A stretch of DNA of 60,876 nucleotides, taken from IMG/VR virus record IMGVR_UViG_3300021961_000097, positions 1 to 60,876 of that record. The stretch is one strand, 5' to 3'. The position numbers and the translations under genes are program-made. The DNA comes from a virus (lineage: Duplodnaviria > Caudoviricetes). Under the pieces are notes generated by a model, which saw only the letters and a list, made by a program, of their open reading frames with translations, was not told where the DNA came from and did no database searches. Positions 45,826 through 55,380 of this stretch are shown here, in pieces (position 1 is the first letter of the stretch; each line of letters starts with the position of its first letter).

Positions 45826-46485
45826 TCACGGTCCCGGTGTTACAGATTTAATTGGTATTCTAACCATGCCATCACGGTACTCATCACGGCGGCGGCGACC
45901 CTGTTGCTCAATGCCAAGACCTTGAATAGCCTGTTTGTAGCTGTTTTCAAAATATTGAATCAATTCCAGTGGTCCCTTTGTGTAACTATACGCTTGAATG
46001 AGACAAGCATACAGAAGAGCCTCTGGGGCGTTATTTGATACCCAGGTTGTTGTATTTGAAGAAGATAATTGTTGCGGCCTGTAAATGTATCCAAGCTGTA
46101 CTACAAGAGCAGAAGCCGGTGTAGGCGCTACATAAAACGTGTCTTCATCCCATACTGCATAATATTTAGGCGTTCCTGTCTCGGTGTAGTCGGGCCAATA
46201 TTCCTTCATAAAAGAATTGTCCCTAAAGTCGAGAAAAATTTGATCACCATTTCCATCTGTAATCATCATGTACCTATGAGTCAGGATGTCAGAGGGGGAA
46301 GGCAAAAACCTGGAGTTCGCAATCAGATTAGTAGTTGATTCCTTTTTAAACACGTCCAAGTCAATGTCCCTAAGAATCCTGTTCTCGGCCATTGTAATAA
46401 ACGTGTTAATCACGCTATCAGGGAAGACATTACTATCGACCTCTGTGTAGCCTCTGATATTTGTGACCAATTCAGAATAATTCAT
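45826..46485 (-). CDS. Head-tail adaptor / tail tubular protein
   Basis: FITMAENRI, GTPKYY, VAPTP, WVSNNAPEALLYACL. Confidence 0.75.
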   Translation of the reverse strand: MNYSELVTNIRGYTEVDSNVFPDSVINTFITMAENRILRDIDLDVFKKESTTNLIANSRFLPSPSDILTHRYMMITDGNGDQIFLDFRDNSFMKEYWPDYTETGTPKYYAVWDEDTFYVAPTPASALVVQLGYIYRPQQLSSSNTTTWVSNNAPEALLYACLIQAYSYTKGPLELIQYFENSYKQAIQGLGIEQQGRRRRDEYRDGMVRIPIKSVTPGP

Positions 46486-46820
46486 ACTATCGTCACCGTA
46501 ACATTACCTAACCCACTAACGCCCTCAACCGCCTTGCATTCAGGGGCGGGTTGCATGGAATTTGACACCGTCTCAAAAGGAGTGTCTCCTCCCGCATTAT
46601 TAACAAAAACGGAAAGCGGCTCCGTCCTATCCGGCCTGGGGTTAGCCAGGGCAATTGCATCCCCCTTGTAACGCAGGGGATCAAGTTGCGGTTCCTTTGG
46701 CTCATAGTCCTCTGGACATACCATGAACCCTTTCCAGTTCTTCCTTAAAGTTAGATAAGGATACCGTTGTCCGCAGTAATCACACAGTGCATATGAGAAC
46801 TTCCCGGTTGCCGTTGCCAT
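46482..46820 (-). CDS. Conserved virion-morphogenesis protein with Cys motif
   Basis: CDYCGQRY...WKGFMVCPEDYEPKEPQ. Confidence 0.75.
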   Translation of the reverse strand: MATATGKFSYALCDYCGQRYPYLTLRKNWKGFMVCPEDYEPKEPQLDPLRYKGDAIALANPRPDRTEPLSVFVNNAGGDTPFETVSNSMQPAPECKAVEGVSGLGNVTVTIV

Positions 46821-47485
46821 TACGCCCCCAACTCAGGAGTTGCATAAAAGCTGGCTGTATCCCTATCCTCGTCTGCCGCCCGTTTAAAATCTTCTTCGTA
46901 AATCTGTTTCAGTCCGCCAGTGCGTTCTGGGGCATATTTAAGAGAAATCATGTACGCCAGGCCAGATGCCAGGCAGGGCAAAAACCTGAAATTAACGTCA
47001 GAAGTATTGGTATAACTGCCTGCGTCCTCTATGCGCCTGATGCGGTAGTACACCAGCGTATAACTCTGGTCAGCCGCTGGGTACAGGTAAACCGTCGGCG
47101 TATTGCTCCTTTCGACATAAAACTGAGCAGGTCTAGCTTGGGTTGTCTTATCTGGCAGGTTTAAGTAATCAGAGCGGCTGATCCGGTCTATGCTTATGTC
47201 CTGTTGCTGACCATTGATTGTCTGCCGGATGACCGCAGAAAGGACATTTACGGTGTCCGTTCCCACGGTCACGCTGGCATTTCCGGCAACCAGTGCTTGC
47301 GTTGCCTGCTCAATTGTCCACAGGTTAAGCCCACGGTTCGCCCAGTCCAGGAATAGCAGATTTAAAGAACGACGCGCGGAAGACAAATGATACCCTTCGG
47401 TAGCGCGTATGCCGCACCGTTCAAATGCCTCCTCTATCAGATCGTCTATCGACAGATCAAATGTCGTTGTTCCTGAAGTCGCCAT
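46820..47485 (-). CDS. Head-tail adaptor-like protein
   Basis: IEEAFERCG, ARRSLNLL..WANRGLNLW, GLAYMIS. Confidence 0.75.
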   Translation of the reverse strand: MATSGTTTFDLSIDDLIEEAFERCGIRATEGYHLSSARRSLNLLFLDWANRGLNLWTIEQATQALVAGNASVTVGTDTVNVLSAVIRQTINGQQQDISIDRISRSDYLNLPDKTTQARPAQFYVERSNTPTVYLYPAADQSYTLVYYRIRRIEDAGSYTNTSDVNFRFLPCLASGLAYMISLKYAPERTGGLKQIYEEDFKRAADEDRDTASFYATPELGA

Positions 47486-47874
47486 TATTTACTCGCGTAT
47501 CCGCCTTTTTTGTATTTTTTCATCATGCCGCCGCCCATTTTTTTCTTAGGCTTGACAGCGCCGATGGTTTTTTTAATTTCATCAACCTTTTTCGCCAGCT
47601 TGGGTTCCAGGAGAGACTTGGAAGTGCCTTTTATAACACCCCTTAAATACTCTATCTCACCCTTACTTGGTTGCTTGGGCATGCCCTTTCTCTTTAAATC
47701 TGGATAGGATTTGTCACCTGGGTAGGCTTCTTTTACCCCCTTTTTCTTCACATCACCGCCATCAGCCATCATAACCTCAACCTTACTGGAAGACTTTGAA
47801 GTCATCTTGTTGCGGCTACCAGAACCTACGCATCCGCCGCCTTTGGTAGCGGCACCCATTCCACGTCCAGCCAT
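47485..47874 (-). CDS. Small Lys/Gly-rich protein with repeated xxxGG motifs
   Basis: MADGG, MGGG, YKKGG; GAGG RBS. Confidence 0.75.
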   Translation of the reverse strand: MAGRGMGAATKGGGCVGSGSRNKMTSKSSSKVEVMMADGGDVKKKGVKEAYPGDKSYPDLKRKGMPKQPSKGEIEYLRGVIKGTSKSLLEPKLAKKVDEIKKTIGAVKPKKKMGGGMMKKYKKGGYASK

Positions 47875-47875
47875 T

Positions 47876-48100
47876 TTATTTACCTCGTTTGGTAGTTTTG
47901 CGGCCTTTGTGGGCCGAATTTTTCATAATTGTCCCATCTGGCATGCGATGCGTGCCCGGCTTTTTAGCCGTTTTGGCGGCTTTCTTAAACGCATTTGATG
48001 AAGGAGCGCCTTTTTCACCGGGCTTCCTCATTGTTTCTCCTGATCCCGCCGCAATTCGCTTACGCTTGGCGTGGATATTGGCATATAGCCCTTTACTCAT
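47876..48100 (-). CDS. Small basic protein
   Basis: GLYANIHAKRKRI...HRMPDG; ATGA overlap. Confidence 0.75.
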   Translation of the reverse strand: MSKGLYANIHAKRKRIAAGSGETMRKPGEKGAPSSNAFKKAAKTAKKPGTHRMPDGTIMKNSAHKGRKTTKRGK

Positions 48101-48396
48101 CTGCATCTCCATCTTTTTCTAGCTTGGCGCAACCGACTATTGGGGTCTTTTGCGGCCTTTGGGAACTGCTTCATCTGCCCTTCAGACCTGGCGCAAAACG
48201 ATTTGCGACGCTTTGCACGACCCTCAGACGGTTTCTTTTCAGTAACCGCTGTCTGTAGCTTACTTCCGGGATTAGCACGACGGTAGGCTTTTACGCCTTT
48301 TTCCGTCATGCCTGCCCCTTTCTTCGTGGCCCTAAAGTTACCGGACTTGACCGAAGTCTTGATGCCCATTCCTTTAGATTTAGCAGTCGCCATCAA
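48097..48396 (-). CDS. Small basic protein (RRKSFCAR family)
   Basis: GMTEKGVKAYRRANPGSKL, RRKSFCAR, DPNSRL..ARKRW.C. Confidence 0.8.
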   Translation of the reverse strand: MMATAKSKGMGIKTSVKSGNFRATKKGAGMTEKGVKAYRRANPGSKLQTAVTEKKPSEGRAKRRKSFCARSEGQMKQFPKAAKDPNSRLRQARKRWRCR

Positions 48397-48695
48397 GCCG
48401 CCGCTCCGCCCTCAAAGAACAAAGTTACACTGGTCACGTTGACGTCATTAACGTCAATATAAATGCCAGTCTCAAACAACAGACCCATATCAGGAATAAT
48501 AAGGTCTTGCGCCCCAGCAACAGCCGGGGTTGTTATCGTCAGCTTGGCAGTGCCCGAAGTAGTGGTGCCATCCTTCAGAGTAAAAGAGGACGCTGTCGCC
48601 GTGTTAGTGAAGTAAACCCCGACTAACCTGCAACGTCCCACTACAGCAGAAGCATCTGCCGCCTTGGAGACAGCTTGAATATTGCTGAAACTCAT
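48393..48695 (-). CDS. Small beta-rich virion protein
   Basis: IPDMGLLFETGIY motif; downstream of capsid gene. Confidence 0.75.
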   Translation of the reverse strand: MSFSNIQAVSKAADASAVVGRCRLVGVYFTNTATASSFTLKDGTTTSGTAKLTITTPAVAGAQDLIIPDMGLLFETGIYIDVNDVNVTSVTLFFEGGAAA

Positions 48696-48708
48696 GGGAG
48701 ACCCCCTA

Positions 48709-48948
48709 TTAAGTTAATGCGGCGCCTACAGCAGTAACCCAAGCAGAGCCTGTGCTAATGACCAAGCAGTATTCATTATTGCCAGCGCCATTATCGCTAA
48801 TCAAGCGGACTTGGCCGGCATTAGCGGCAGAAGCGGTAGGCAATGCGGCTGTAAGAATTGCGGTGAATTTTGCAAAATCGGTGACGGTAACATCACCAGA
48901 AAATCCGTTATTTGAGACAACGGGACCCGAGAAGGTAGTAGTAGCCAT
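48709..48948 (-). CDS. Small virion (head fibre-like) protein
   Basis: MATTTFSGPVVS; ACAGGAG RBS. Confidence 0.75.
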   Translation of the reverse strand: MATTTFSGPVVSNNGFSGDVTVTDFAKFTAILTAALPTASAANAGQVRLISDNGAGNNEYCLVISTGSAWVTAVGAALT

Positions 48949-49018
48949 GAGTATCTCCTGTCGTGGCAAGTGTCAGGCGCGGGATTGCACCTGTCAGGGA
49001 TAAGCTAGATAGTATAGC
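48949..49018 (-). promoter_or_regulatory. Promoter-like -10 and structured leader covering the RBS
   Basis: TGcTATACT; CCTG-ac-AGGTGC-aatccc-GCGCCT-gacacttgccacga-CAGG-ag. Confidence 0.45.
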
Positions 49019-49048
49019 AAAAGAAAAGGGGCGACAAGCGCCCCTTTT
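49019..49048 (-). terminator. Intrinsic terminator after major capsid gene
   Basis: AAAAGGGGCG-CTTGT-CGCCCCTTTTCTTTT. Confidence 0.9.
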
Positions 49049-49066
49049 CCTGTACCACATGGTGCC

Positions 49067-49975
49067 TTACGGAGTACCCGGCGAACCGAATATACCGCGA
49101 GGGTCACTGAAGCCGAAGCTGTAGCGTTCACGGGCCTTGTACCGCACGTTGCCGGTCTCGAAGTCGCCTTCAAAGCCGGTCTTCATGGATACACGCTGGA
49201 ACATCTTCATGCCATTCGGCGCGTCAGTCATGATGAAGAATGCATCAGGGTCAGTCAGGTAGTGATTGACTGTGTAGCCCTGGGGCACCATTCCCATGTT
49301 GCGGACAGCGTTTATGTCGTTGTCAGCAGTACCAACGCGAAGTGTGGACTTGAGGATACGATCAGCAGTGAACTGGAGTTCCTTGGGGATTACCAGTTTG
49401 GTGCCCTGTACCGCAATCTTCAGGCCACGCTCGTCAGTGAACGAAGCGATGTCAATCAGAGCCTGCTCAAGAGAGGTCTCTGAAAGGTCAGCCGCAGTGG
49501 CAAGTTCGTTTGCCAGATCAGGACCGCTCAAGGTCGGGTGATCTGTGGCGCAAAGAGGCTTGCCGTCGCCACCTAATGAGGTTGTGAAGGCGTTGTTCAG
49601 AATAGCGGCGGCTTTAATCTGCTTAGTCGTCGCCATAGAACGTGCCAGTGCCTTGGTGTAACGCTTCGCAAGACTATCGTACAGGTTGTCTTCAATGGCT
49701 TCTTCAGTCAGAGAGAAGGCCAGTGCGATAGTTTCGTGAGTGTAACGCGCTGTGTAAACTTCCTGCGCCTGGTCGTATGCAACGCCAGAGCCTTCAGATT
49801 TCACAGGGGCTTCACCAAAGCCAGATAACATCACTTCTTCTTCGAATGCACGGTCAGATGACTCGGTTTCGTAGATTTCAGCATGCTCATTATCATAAGA
49901 ACTATACTCGAGGCCGAACAAGGCGTTCAGACCCGGCTCAAGTTCTTTCACCAGTTGTGCGCGTGAAATAGCCAT
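49067..49975 (-). CDS. Major capsid protein
   Basis: MAISRAQLVKELEPGLNALFGLEY...RYKARERYSFG.SDPRG; after scaffold, followed by terminator. Confidence 0.9.
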   Translation of the reverse strand: MAISRAQLVKELEPGLNALFGLEYSSYDNEHAEIYETESSDRAFEEEVMLSGFGEAPVKSEGSGVAYDQAQEVYTARYTHETIALAFSLTEEAIEDNLYDSLAKRYTKALARSMATTKQIKAAAILNNAFTTSLGGDGKPLCATDHPTLSGPDLANELATAADLSETSLEQALIDIASFTDERGLKIAVQGTKLVIPKELQFTADRILKSTLRVGTADNDINAVRNMGMVPQGYTVNHYLTDPDAFFIMTDAPNGMKMFQRVSMKTGFEGDFETGNVRYKARERYSFGFSDPRGIFGSPGTP

Positions 49976-49987
49976 GTCTTATACTCC

Positions 49988-50563
49988 TTACTGTCCGGCT
50001 ACGCCTGCACTGCCGTACAGGTGTTCATTGATTTTAACAACAACAACAGCATTCGCGCCAACAGCATTGTTGGGAACGTCCCAAAGACCTACGATCTTCA
50101 GGTTCAGTGCCGCAGTAGTTGCGATGGTGGAAGTATCCAGTTCGTTGGCGGAGAGGCCAGTAGTTGTGCTACCAGTTCCAACAACGATGTCGGCATTCTT
50201 ACCATAATCGGTAACAGCAGAAGTGCCATCATTCTGGATGATGAACAACTGATTCGGATCGTCCAGCACGTCAGCGACAATCTTGCCCTGAGTGATGTTG
50301 ACAGAACCCGGATAGTAGTTCTTCCAGGTGGGTTTGCCAGAAGACGGATCAATGTAGTTACAACCATTGAACACGCCGACCGCCGCTGTGTGACTAGCGG
50401 GGTCGAACTGGAGAATATAGCCATCTTTCAGAGTGACTAGGTCACCTTGATAGATAGCACCGGCCTGATTGTCAGCAATTTCGTAGCCGTACTGTTTCTG
50501 TGAACCAGAAGCGGAGAGATTGCCAAGCGGACGCAGGCCAAACGCTTTGTCTACATTTGCCAT
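49988..50563 (-). CDS. Capsid decoration / minor capsid protein
   Basis: MANVDKAFGLRP, IYQGDLV, GVFNGC.Y, VVKINEH; adjacent to MCP. Confidence 0.7.
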   Translation of the reverse strand: MANVDKAFGLRPLGNLSASGSQKQYGYEIADNQAGAIYQGDLVTLKDGYILQFDPASHTAAVGVFNGCNYIDPSSGKPTWKNYYPGSVNITQGKIVADVLDDPNQLFIIQNDGTSAVTDYGKNADIVVGTGSTTTGLSANELDTSTIATTAALNLKIVGLWDVPNNAVGANAVVVVKINEHLYGSAGVAGQ

Positions 50564-50587
50564 GATAAATGTCCTTTATCCAAAAGG

Positions 50588-51079
50588 TTAATCGGTTTCC
50601 CCACGGGGGCCACCGAGTGATACACGGCTGTTTCTCTCTGGCCTAGTAATTTTCATACTAGAGTGAGCGTTCGATTTCATCAAATCGTTATCAGCCGCAG
50701 ATATTTGATCTTGGGTCCGGCTAGAATAATATGCTCGACGTTCTTCGGCTGTTTCTTCGGGGATGCGTGCAAGCACCATCCCACCTGAACTAATGACTCC
50801 TGCTAACTGCCCGTCTTCGATATGACCAACGTGAAAGTCAGGATACTCATCGGCTCTCACCAATTCATATCCCTCTCGTAACTTAGCTGTCACGTTCATC
50901 TTATCATCAGCACCGGCTGTTTGCGTCCTAATCCAACGGTGCTTATAACCCGCAGGAGGAGGTGGAGCATCAAGCCTAGAAGGAGGTGCCCAAGGTTTAC
51001 GTTGCGCAGTCGCTTCGCGAGTTTCAGTGTCGCGGCTCGTGCGTTTTAAAGATGGTACTTTTTTAACGTCATCACTCAT
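50588..51079 (-). CDS. Conserved head-module protein
   Basis: WAPPSRLDAPPPP.GYKHRWIR, LREGYELV, LARIP. Confidence 0.8.
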   Translation of the reverse strand: MSDDVKKVPSLKRTSRDTETREATAQRKPWAPPSRLDAPPPPAGYKHRWIRTQTAGADDKMNVTAKLREGYELVRADEYPDFHVGHIEDGQLAGVISSGGMVLARIPEETAEERRAYYSSRTQDQISAADNDLMKSNAHSSMKITRPERNSRVSLGGPRGETD

Positions 51080-51083
51080 TGGA

Positions 51084-51989
51084 TCAATCCTTCACATGTC
51101 TGGCATAGTCTTCAAGCGAAACTCCAAGTTTTTTGGCTATCGCAACCTGACTTGGGGTCAGCTTTACAGTGCGGCGTGCGTTATTTACTCCCGATGAACG
51201 GGTTGCAGGTGCCACCGTTTGCACGGGACGGGACGACCTGTTGTTCTTTTGCGCAGGCTCATATTCCTGCGGAAACATTTGGCGCATGCGCCTATCTATT
51301 TCATCATAATACTCGTCCGACGTTGGGTCAAATCCCTCGTTACGGACCAGTTCGTTATGAATACCATAGACAGTATGCGTCATAACGGTATTTTTGCCAA
51401 ACCACGGATTGTTTTCGGCCCATTCCTCGGCCTTCACGTCCGGCTGGCGTGGCTGTCTTTGTAGCGGTTCCGGGTCTGGCTGACGCACTTGTTCCGGTTG
51501 ACTCCGCTGTATATTAATCTGTTCTCCCAGGCGTTGTTGCTCATAGACAATTGACGTAAGTCTTTGTTGCGCCTCGGTTTCTGTATCAATATCCCCCTCT
51601 TCCCTCGCCTTCCTAATGACCTGTTTCAGCGCCATTATCTGGGTCTCGGTCCGATTTTGGGCTTCGGTTAGCTTTTCTGAACTTGCCCTGCGGGTTTGTT
51701 CTTGCAGGGTATGGTTCTCATTCTGTACTTTTTTCGCATATTCCAATGCGGCTTCTTCACGGCGCTGGGCCTCACGAAGTCTTGCCGTCATCTTGTCGAT
51801 GCGCTTTTTTACTTTGACCGAATAATCGTCCAGTTCTTCCGACGTGCGCTCGTCGCCTTCTTGCTCCACAATTGGAGCCTCTTCCTGCGCCGAAAGTTTG
51901 GCGTCACTACCGTCTTCGTTCATCTCGACGGTCGCTTCTTCCTCGTCGTCTCCAAGGTTAAATTCTAACTCTTCGTTTTCTGTAGCCAT
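51084..51989 (-). CDS. Putative scaffolding protein
   Basis: Acidic coiled coil; WAENNPWFG; LTPSQVAIAKKLGVSLEDYA. Confidence 0.75.
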   Translation of the reverse strand: MATENEELEFNLGDDEEEATVEMNEDGSDAKLSAQEEAPIVEQEGDERTSEELDDYSVKVKKRIDKMTARLREAQRREEAALEYAKKVQNENHTLQEQTRRASSEKLTEAQNRTETQIMALKQVIRKAREEGDIDTETEAQQRLTSIVYEQQRLGEQINIQRSQPEQVRQPDPEPLQRQPRQPDVKAEEWAENNPWFGKNTVMTHTVYGIHNELVRNEGFDPTSDEYYDEIDRRMRQMFPQEYEPAQKNNRSSRPVQTVAPATRSSGVNNARRTVKLTPSQVAIAKKLGVSLEDYARHVKD

Positions 51990-51999
51990 CTTGCTCACC

Positions 52000-52461
52000 T
52001 CACATGTGCAGAATATTTTCTGGGTCGCTTACGACCCCAAGAATTTCATCATCATTCAGTAGCCTGATCTCACCGCCATCAATCTGGATGCGAGAACCGG
52101 CATACCTGCCAAAGATTATCCAATCCCCCTCCTTGCACCAGGGGCCGGTAGGGAACTTAGACTCGTCCGCGTATGCCAGGTCGCCCATCTTGAGTACATA
52201 ACCTACGTTAGTAGCCAGTTGTGTTCTCTTTTGGGTCTCATCGGACAGCATAATTCCGCCCTTAGTGGTCTTAGCGCCACGATACGGTAAAATGGCAATA
52301 CGCCATCCGGTAGGGGAGGGGATTAAGTCTAATACTGGTTCGGATAGTCCTTCTTGTGACACTTTACCCTCGTCGGTATAAGCGTCATCAAGAGACGGTT
52401 TCTTGTCTTTTTTATCTTGCTCCCACTTTTGCTCAAGCGGGGTCAATTTAGCTTCTGCCAT
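52000..52461 (-). CDS. GroES / Cpn10-like co-chaperonin
   Basis: PTGWRIAILP...TKGGIML, CKEGDWIIFGRYAG, RLLNDDEILG. Confidence 0.88.
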   Translation of the reverse strand: MAEAKLTPLEQKWEQDKKDKKPSLDDAYTDEGKVSQEGLSEPVLDLIPSPTGWRIAILPYRGAKTTKGGIMLSDETQKRTQLATNVGYVLKMGDLAYADESKFPTGPWCKEGDWIIFGRYAGSRIQIDGGEIRLLNDDEILGVVSDPENILHM

Positions 52462-52479
52462 GTCTAATGGTCCTCTGGT

Positions 52480-52662
52480 TTAAAATTCCTCTCGTCGATC
52501 AAGTTGCGTTTTAACAACTTCTTCAACAAGCCGTAGCCCTTCCAGACGACCCATGAGATATTTATAGCGTTCCATATCAGCAACGCCGCTGAGAATCATT
52601 GTCTCAGTGTCCTGTTCTAGCTTTCTAATTTCCTTCAGAACGCTTTCAGCAAATTCCAGCAT
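52480..52662 (-). CDS. Small conserved helical protein
   Basis: GVADMERYKYLMGRLEGL. Confidence 0.75.
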   Translation of the reverse strand: MLEFAESVLKEIRKLEQDTETMILSGVADMERYKYLMGRLEGLRLVEEVVKTQLDRREEF

Positions 52663-52679
52663 GGTATATCCATGTAATG

Positions 52680-52700
52680 CAGACGATTTAGCCTCGTCTG
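52680..52700. repeat. Intergenic hairpin
   Basis: CAGACGA-N7-TCGTCTG. Confidence 0.6.
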
Positions 52701-52707
52701 GTTGGCT

Positions 52708-52941
52708 TTAGTACAATTTGGTTCTACGCTTTGCGTCTTTTCTCAAAACAGAGCCGCCAACTGATTTTTTAGTTGGCGATTTTTTGGCGGTACTTAACGC
52801 AATCGCTATTGCCTGCTTTTGTGCTTTTTTGTCGCTTCCAGGCTTGCTGGCGCCAATCTTACCTGTTTTTTTGTAAGACGACATCACTTCGCCAATGTTT
52901 TTACTAATTGTTTTTTTCGATTTTCCCTTAATTAACGGCAT
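52708..52941 (-). CDS. Small basic protein (MPL.KG.S.KTIS.NI...KQAIAIALS family)
   Basis: Motif; directly after portal. Confidence 0.8.
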   Translation of the reverse strand: MPLIKGKSKKTISKNIGEVMSSYKKTGKIGASKPGSDKKAQKQAIAIALSTAKKSPTKKSVGGSVLRKDAKRRTKLY

Positions 52942-52946
52942 GTTAT

Positions 52947-55286
52947 TTACCCTTTGGGAGCGTATATTCGTTCTCTTGCCACGTCTGCACGCTGATCAGC
53001 GATCTTTTCTTGGGACTGGATGCGTGCTTCATCTGATTCCGCATTTTGCTGTATTCGCATCTGCTCGTTGGCAATCTGCTGTTGCTTGATCTGAGCATCG
53101 GCCTGGTCTTTAGCCGCACGTTGCTGAAGTTCTTGCTCCTTCAACTGAACAATCGGGTCGGCCTCTGGCGCCCCAGACAATTCCGTCTGCATTGCTTTTG
53201 CTTCCTGGAAGTATTGCGTTACCTTCAGGGCAATCAGCGCCTCTCTTTCAAGGTCTGAGATCATGTTGTCTGGGTCGGTGCCGTATTGCTGGAACAACTC
53301 GGCCTCGGCGTCTTCTTCCGCCTTCAACTTAATGTGCTGAAGGACATGCTTTTGAAGTTCAGTTGCCGCCATAGGGTTGGCCTGTATCATTGGAGACAGT
53401 CCCATAATCAAATGCGCGGCAATGTGCGCGTCATGTTGCTGGCCGGCAAAGGCTTTTAGTGCCATCCCGTCTACAACATTAATATTTTCAGTGGCTGGAT
53501 CGACCGGCATTTGATTGGTCTGCACCTTCAAAATACCGTCAATATCGCGCACGTTTAGGGCTTGATAAACCCGGTAATACGCCTCATACATGTTGTGCAT
53601 CTGAGGCGCGCTCTGAGCCAACTGAAGCTGGGTCTGCGCCAACGTAATCCGCTGGGCCGCAGAGAAGATATTGGGGTCTGCCATCGGCAGAATCGCCACC
53701 ATATCGTCAAAATCTTTCTTTTTGATTGATCTGGAAGCACCCGGTACGTCGTATGGATACTCGTCAGGCAAGAAAAGCCCGAATCCTTCCGCCAGCATCT
53801 CAAATTCTTGCGTCTGGGCGTAATACAGGCGCTTGTGAATGGCAGACATCACCATAGAACCACGTTCCAACAGCGCAATCGTTGTTCCTACCGCCGCCTG
53901 CTGGTTTCCGTCCCCAACCTGCATGTCTGCGATGCTGGCAAGACGTCTTCCGGCCTCTACAGTGAAGCCCAGGAGGGTAAACAGGGTCTGAGACGGCTCT
54001 TTGTAGGGCAGGGGAAGCAAAGAACCGCTAAGTTCGGCGCCCCCAGCGTCAATGTCGCGCCATTCGCCGGGTTGAATCGGGTTATCATCGTCCGCAATAC
54101 GCGCACCCTTGGCTTTGAAGCCGGCGGGGAGGTTAGATAGGGTTCCAGCGTCCAATAATTGGCGCAATGCCATTGTTGCAGTCTTGGAAAGGCCACCAAT
54201 CAGGTGAACAAAGCCCAAACCGTAGGCTCCGGGACCTTCTACCAGGACATAGTGGACAAAATACTCTCTTCTGCACTTGTATTCGTCATCTTCCAGCCAG
54301 TTACGGCGCACTCCGACGATCTGGCCGCTGTTTTCGTCCAGGGTAACAACGTAAGGTAGCTTAATTCCGGTCGGTTCGCCCCCGTCATCCACGTCCTCAA
54401 AGCCAGGAATGTCCAAATTAACCTGGAATTCCAGCAAAAATATTTCTTCTGGCTCCCCGGACGGCTCCAGACCAGTAATTCGGTCAATTGAATAGCGAAT
54501 TCTGTCGCCATTTGTCGGGTCATTCTCGGGATCAACAACCACATCAAGGTATTCACCGGCCACAACGCGCTTTCTGAACTCATTTTCGTCCATAGAAATG
54601 CGGTGAGTAATGCGCGGACACTCAGAAATGACACTCGAACCGTTGTAGGGGATGTATAAATCGTCCGGCAGGACAAGCCTGGAGACCATGCGGCCCAGTT
54701 GCTCGTCATAATAGACCTTTTTAAAGGTAGAACCGCCGTATCCGGTGTAAAAAAGTAGCTGATCAAACTCCGGTGTATACTCTTTCATCACCGTTGTGAT
54801 CTGGTAATTCATGAAATCCTGTACACGGGCGGCCTGCTGGACCTTGTCCAGGGTCTCTTTGCCCAGAGTCTGGGTCCTGACTGGCCCTCCGGCAGGCATC
54901 AGTTCCTTAAACGCCTGCGCCTGGAACTGGACAATGGCCTCGGTGAGCATAGGGTGAACTGCACCAGCGGCGCCACGGAACGGGCGGGTTCTTTCCTCAA
55001 TCTTGAGGCCAAGCAATTCCAGCCCTTTGGAATACATCTGCTCCCAGTCACCACGCGACGCCTTGTCGGCATCAAACAAGGCCATCAGGTCATTGGAAAT
55101 ATGGGACATGTCCTGCGGATCAAGGACTTCAGCCAGGTTGCTGTAAAAATCTACGTCGTTTTCTTCTGCAACTTCAACGGTCGCACCGCCGTCTTCCTCC
55201 AGGACAATCTCAATATCCGGCATTTCCTCGTCAATCATGAGGATTTCCGTGGCAGGTGCAAGATTAACGACTTTATCGACTGGCAT
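52947..55286 (-). CDS. Portal protein
   Basis: Size and position; HPMLTEAIVQFQA, FKKVYYD, YGLGFVHLIGG, LRQLLDAGTLSNLP; coiled-coil C-terminus. Confidence 0.9.
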   Translation of the reverse strand: MPVDKVVNLAPATEILMIDEEMPDIEIVLEEDGGATVEVAEENDVDFYSNLAEVLDPQDMSHISNDLMALFDADKASRGDWEQMYSKGLELLGLKIEERTRPFRGAAGAVHPMLTEAIVQFQAQAFKELMPAGGPVRTQTLGKETLDKVQQAARVQDFMNYQITTVMKEYTPEFDQLLFYTGYGGSTFKKVYYDEQLGRMVSRLVLPDDLYIPYNGSSVISECPRITHRISMDENEFRKRVVAGEYLDVVVDPENDPTNGDRIRYSIDRITGLEPSGEPEEIFLLEFQVNLDIPGFEDVDDGGEPTGIKLPYVVTLDENSGQIVGVRRNWLEDDEYKCRREYFVHYVLVEGPGAYGLGFVHLIGGLSKTATMALRQLLDAGTLSNLPAGFKAKGARIADDDNPIQPGEWRDIDAGGAELSGSLLPLPYKEPSQTLFTLLGFTVEAGRRLASIADMQVGDGNQQAAVGTTIALLERGSMVMSAIHKRLYYAQTQEFEMLAEGFGLFLPDEYPYDVPGASRSIKKKDFDDMVAILPMADPNIFSAAQRITLAQTQLQLAQSAPQMHNMYEAYYRVYQALNVRDIDGILKVQTNQMPVDPATENINVVDGMALKAFAGQQHDAHIAAHLIMGLSPMIQANPMAATELQKHVLQHIKLKAEEDAEAELFQQYGTDPDNMISDLEREALIALKVTQYFQEAKAMQTELSGAPEADPIVQLKEQELQQRAAKDQADAQIKQQQIANEQMRIQQNAESDEARIQSQEKIADQRADVARERIYAPKG

Positions 55287-55343
55287 TGGGGTGCCCTCTA
55301 ACTATTCTGAGGCCATTATACATGGCATTTTTCATATATCTAA

Positions 55344-55380
55344 TGCTATAATACCCACGATTCAGAAAGGAGACTAAATC
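55344..55380 (+). promoter_or_regulatory. Extended -10 promoter and early-type RBS for the plus-strand gene
   Basis: TGcTATAAT at 55344-55352; AGAAAGGAGA at 55364-55373. Confidence 0.8.
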
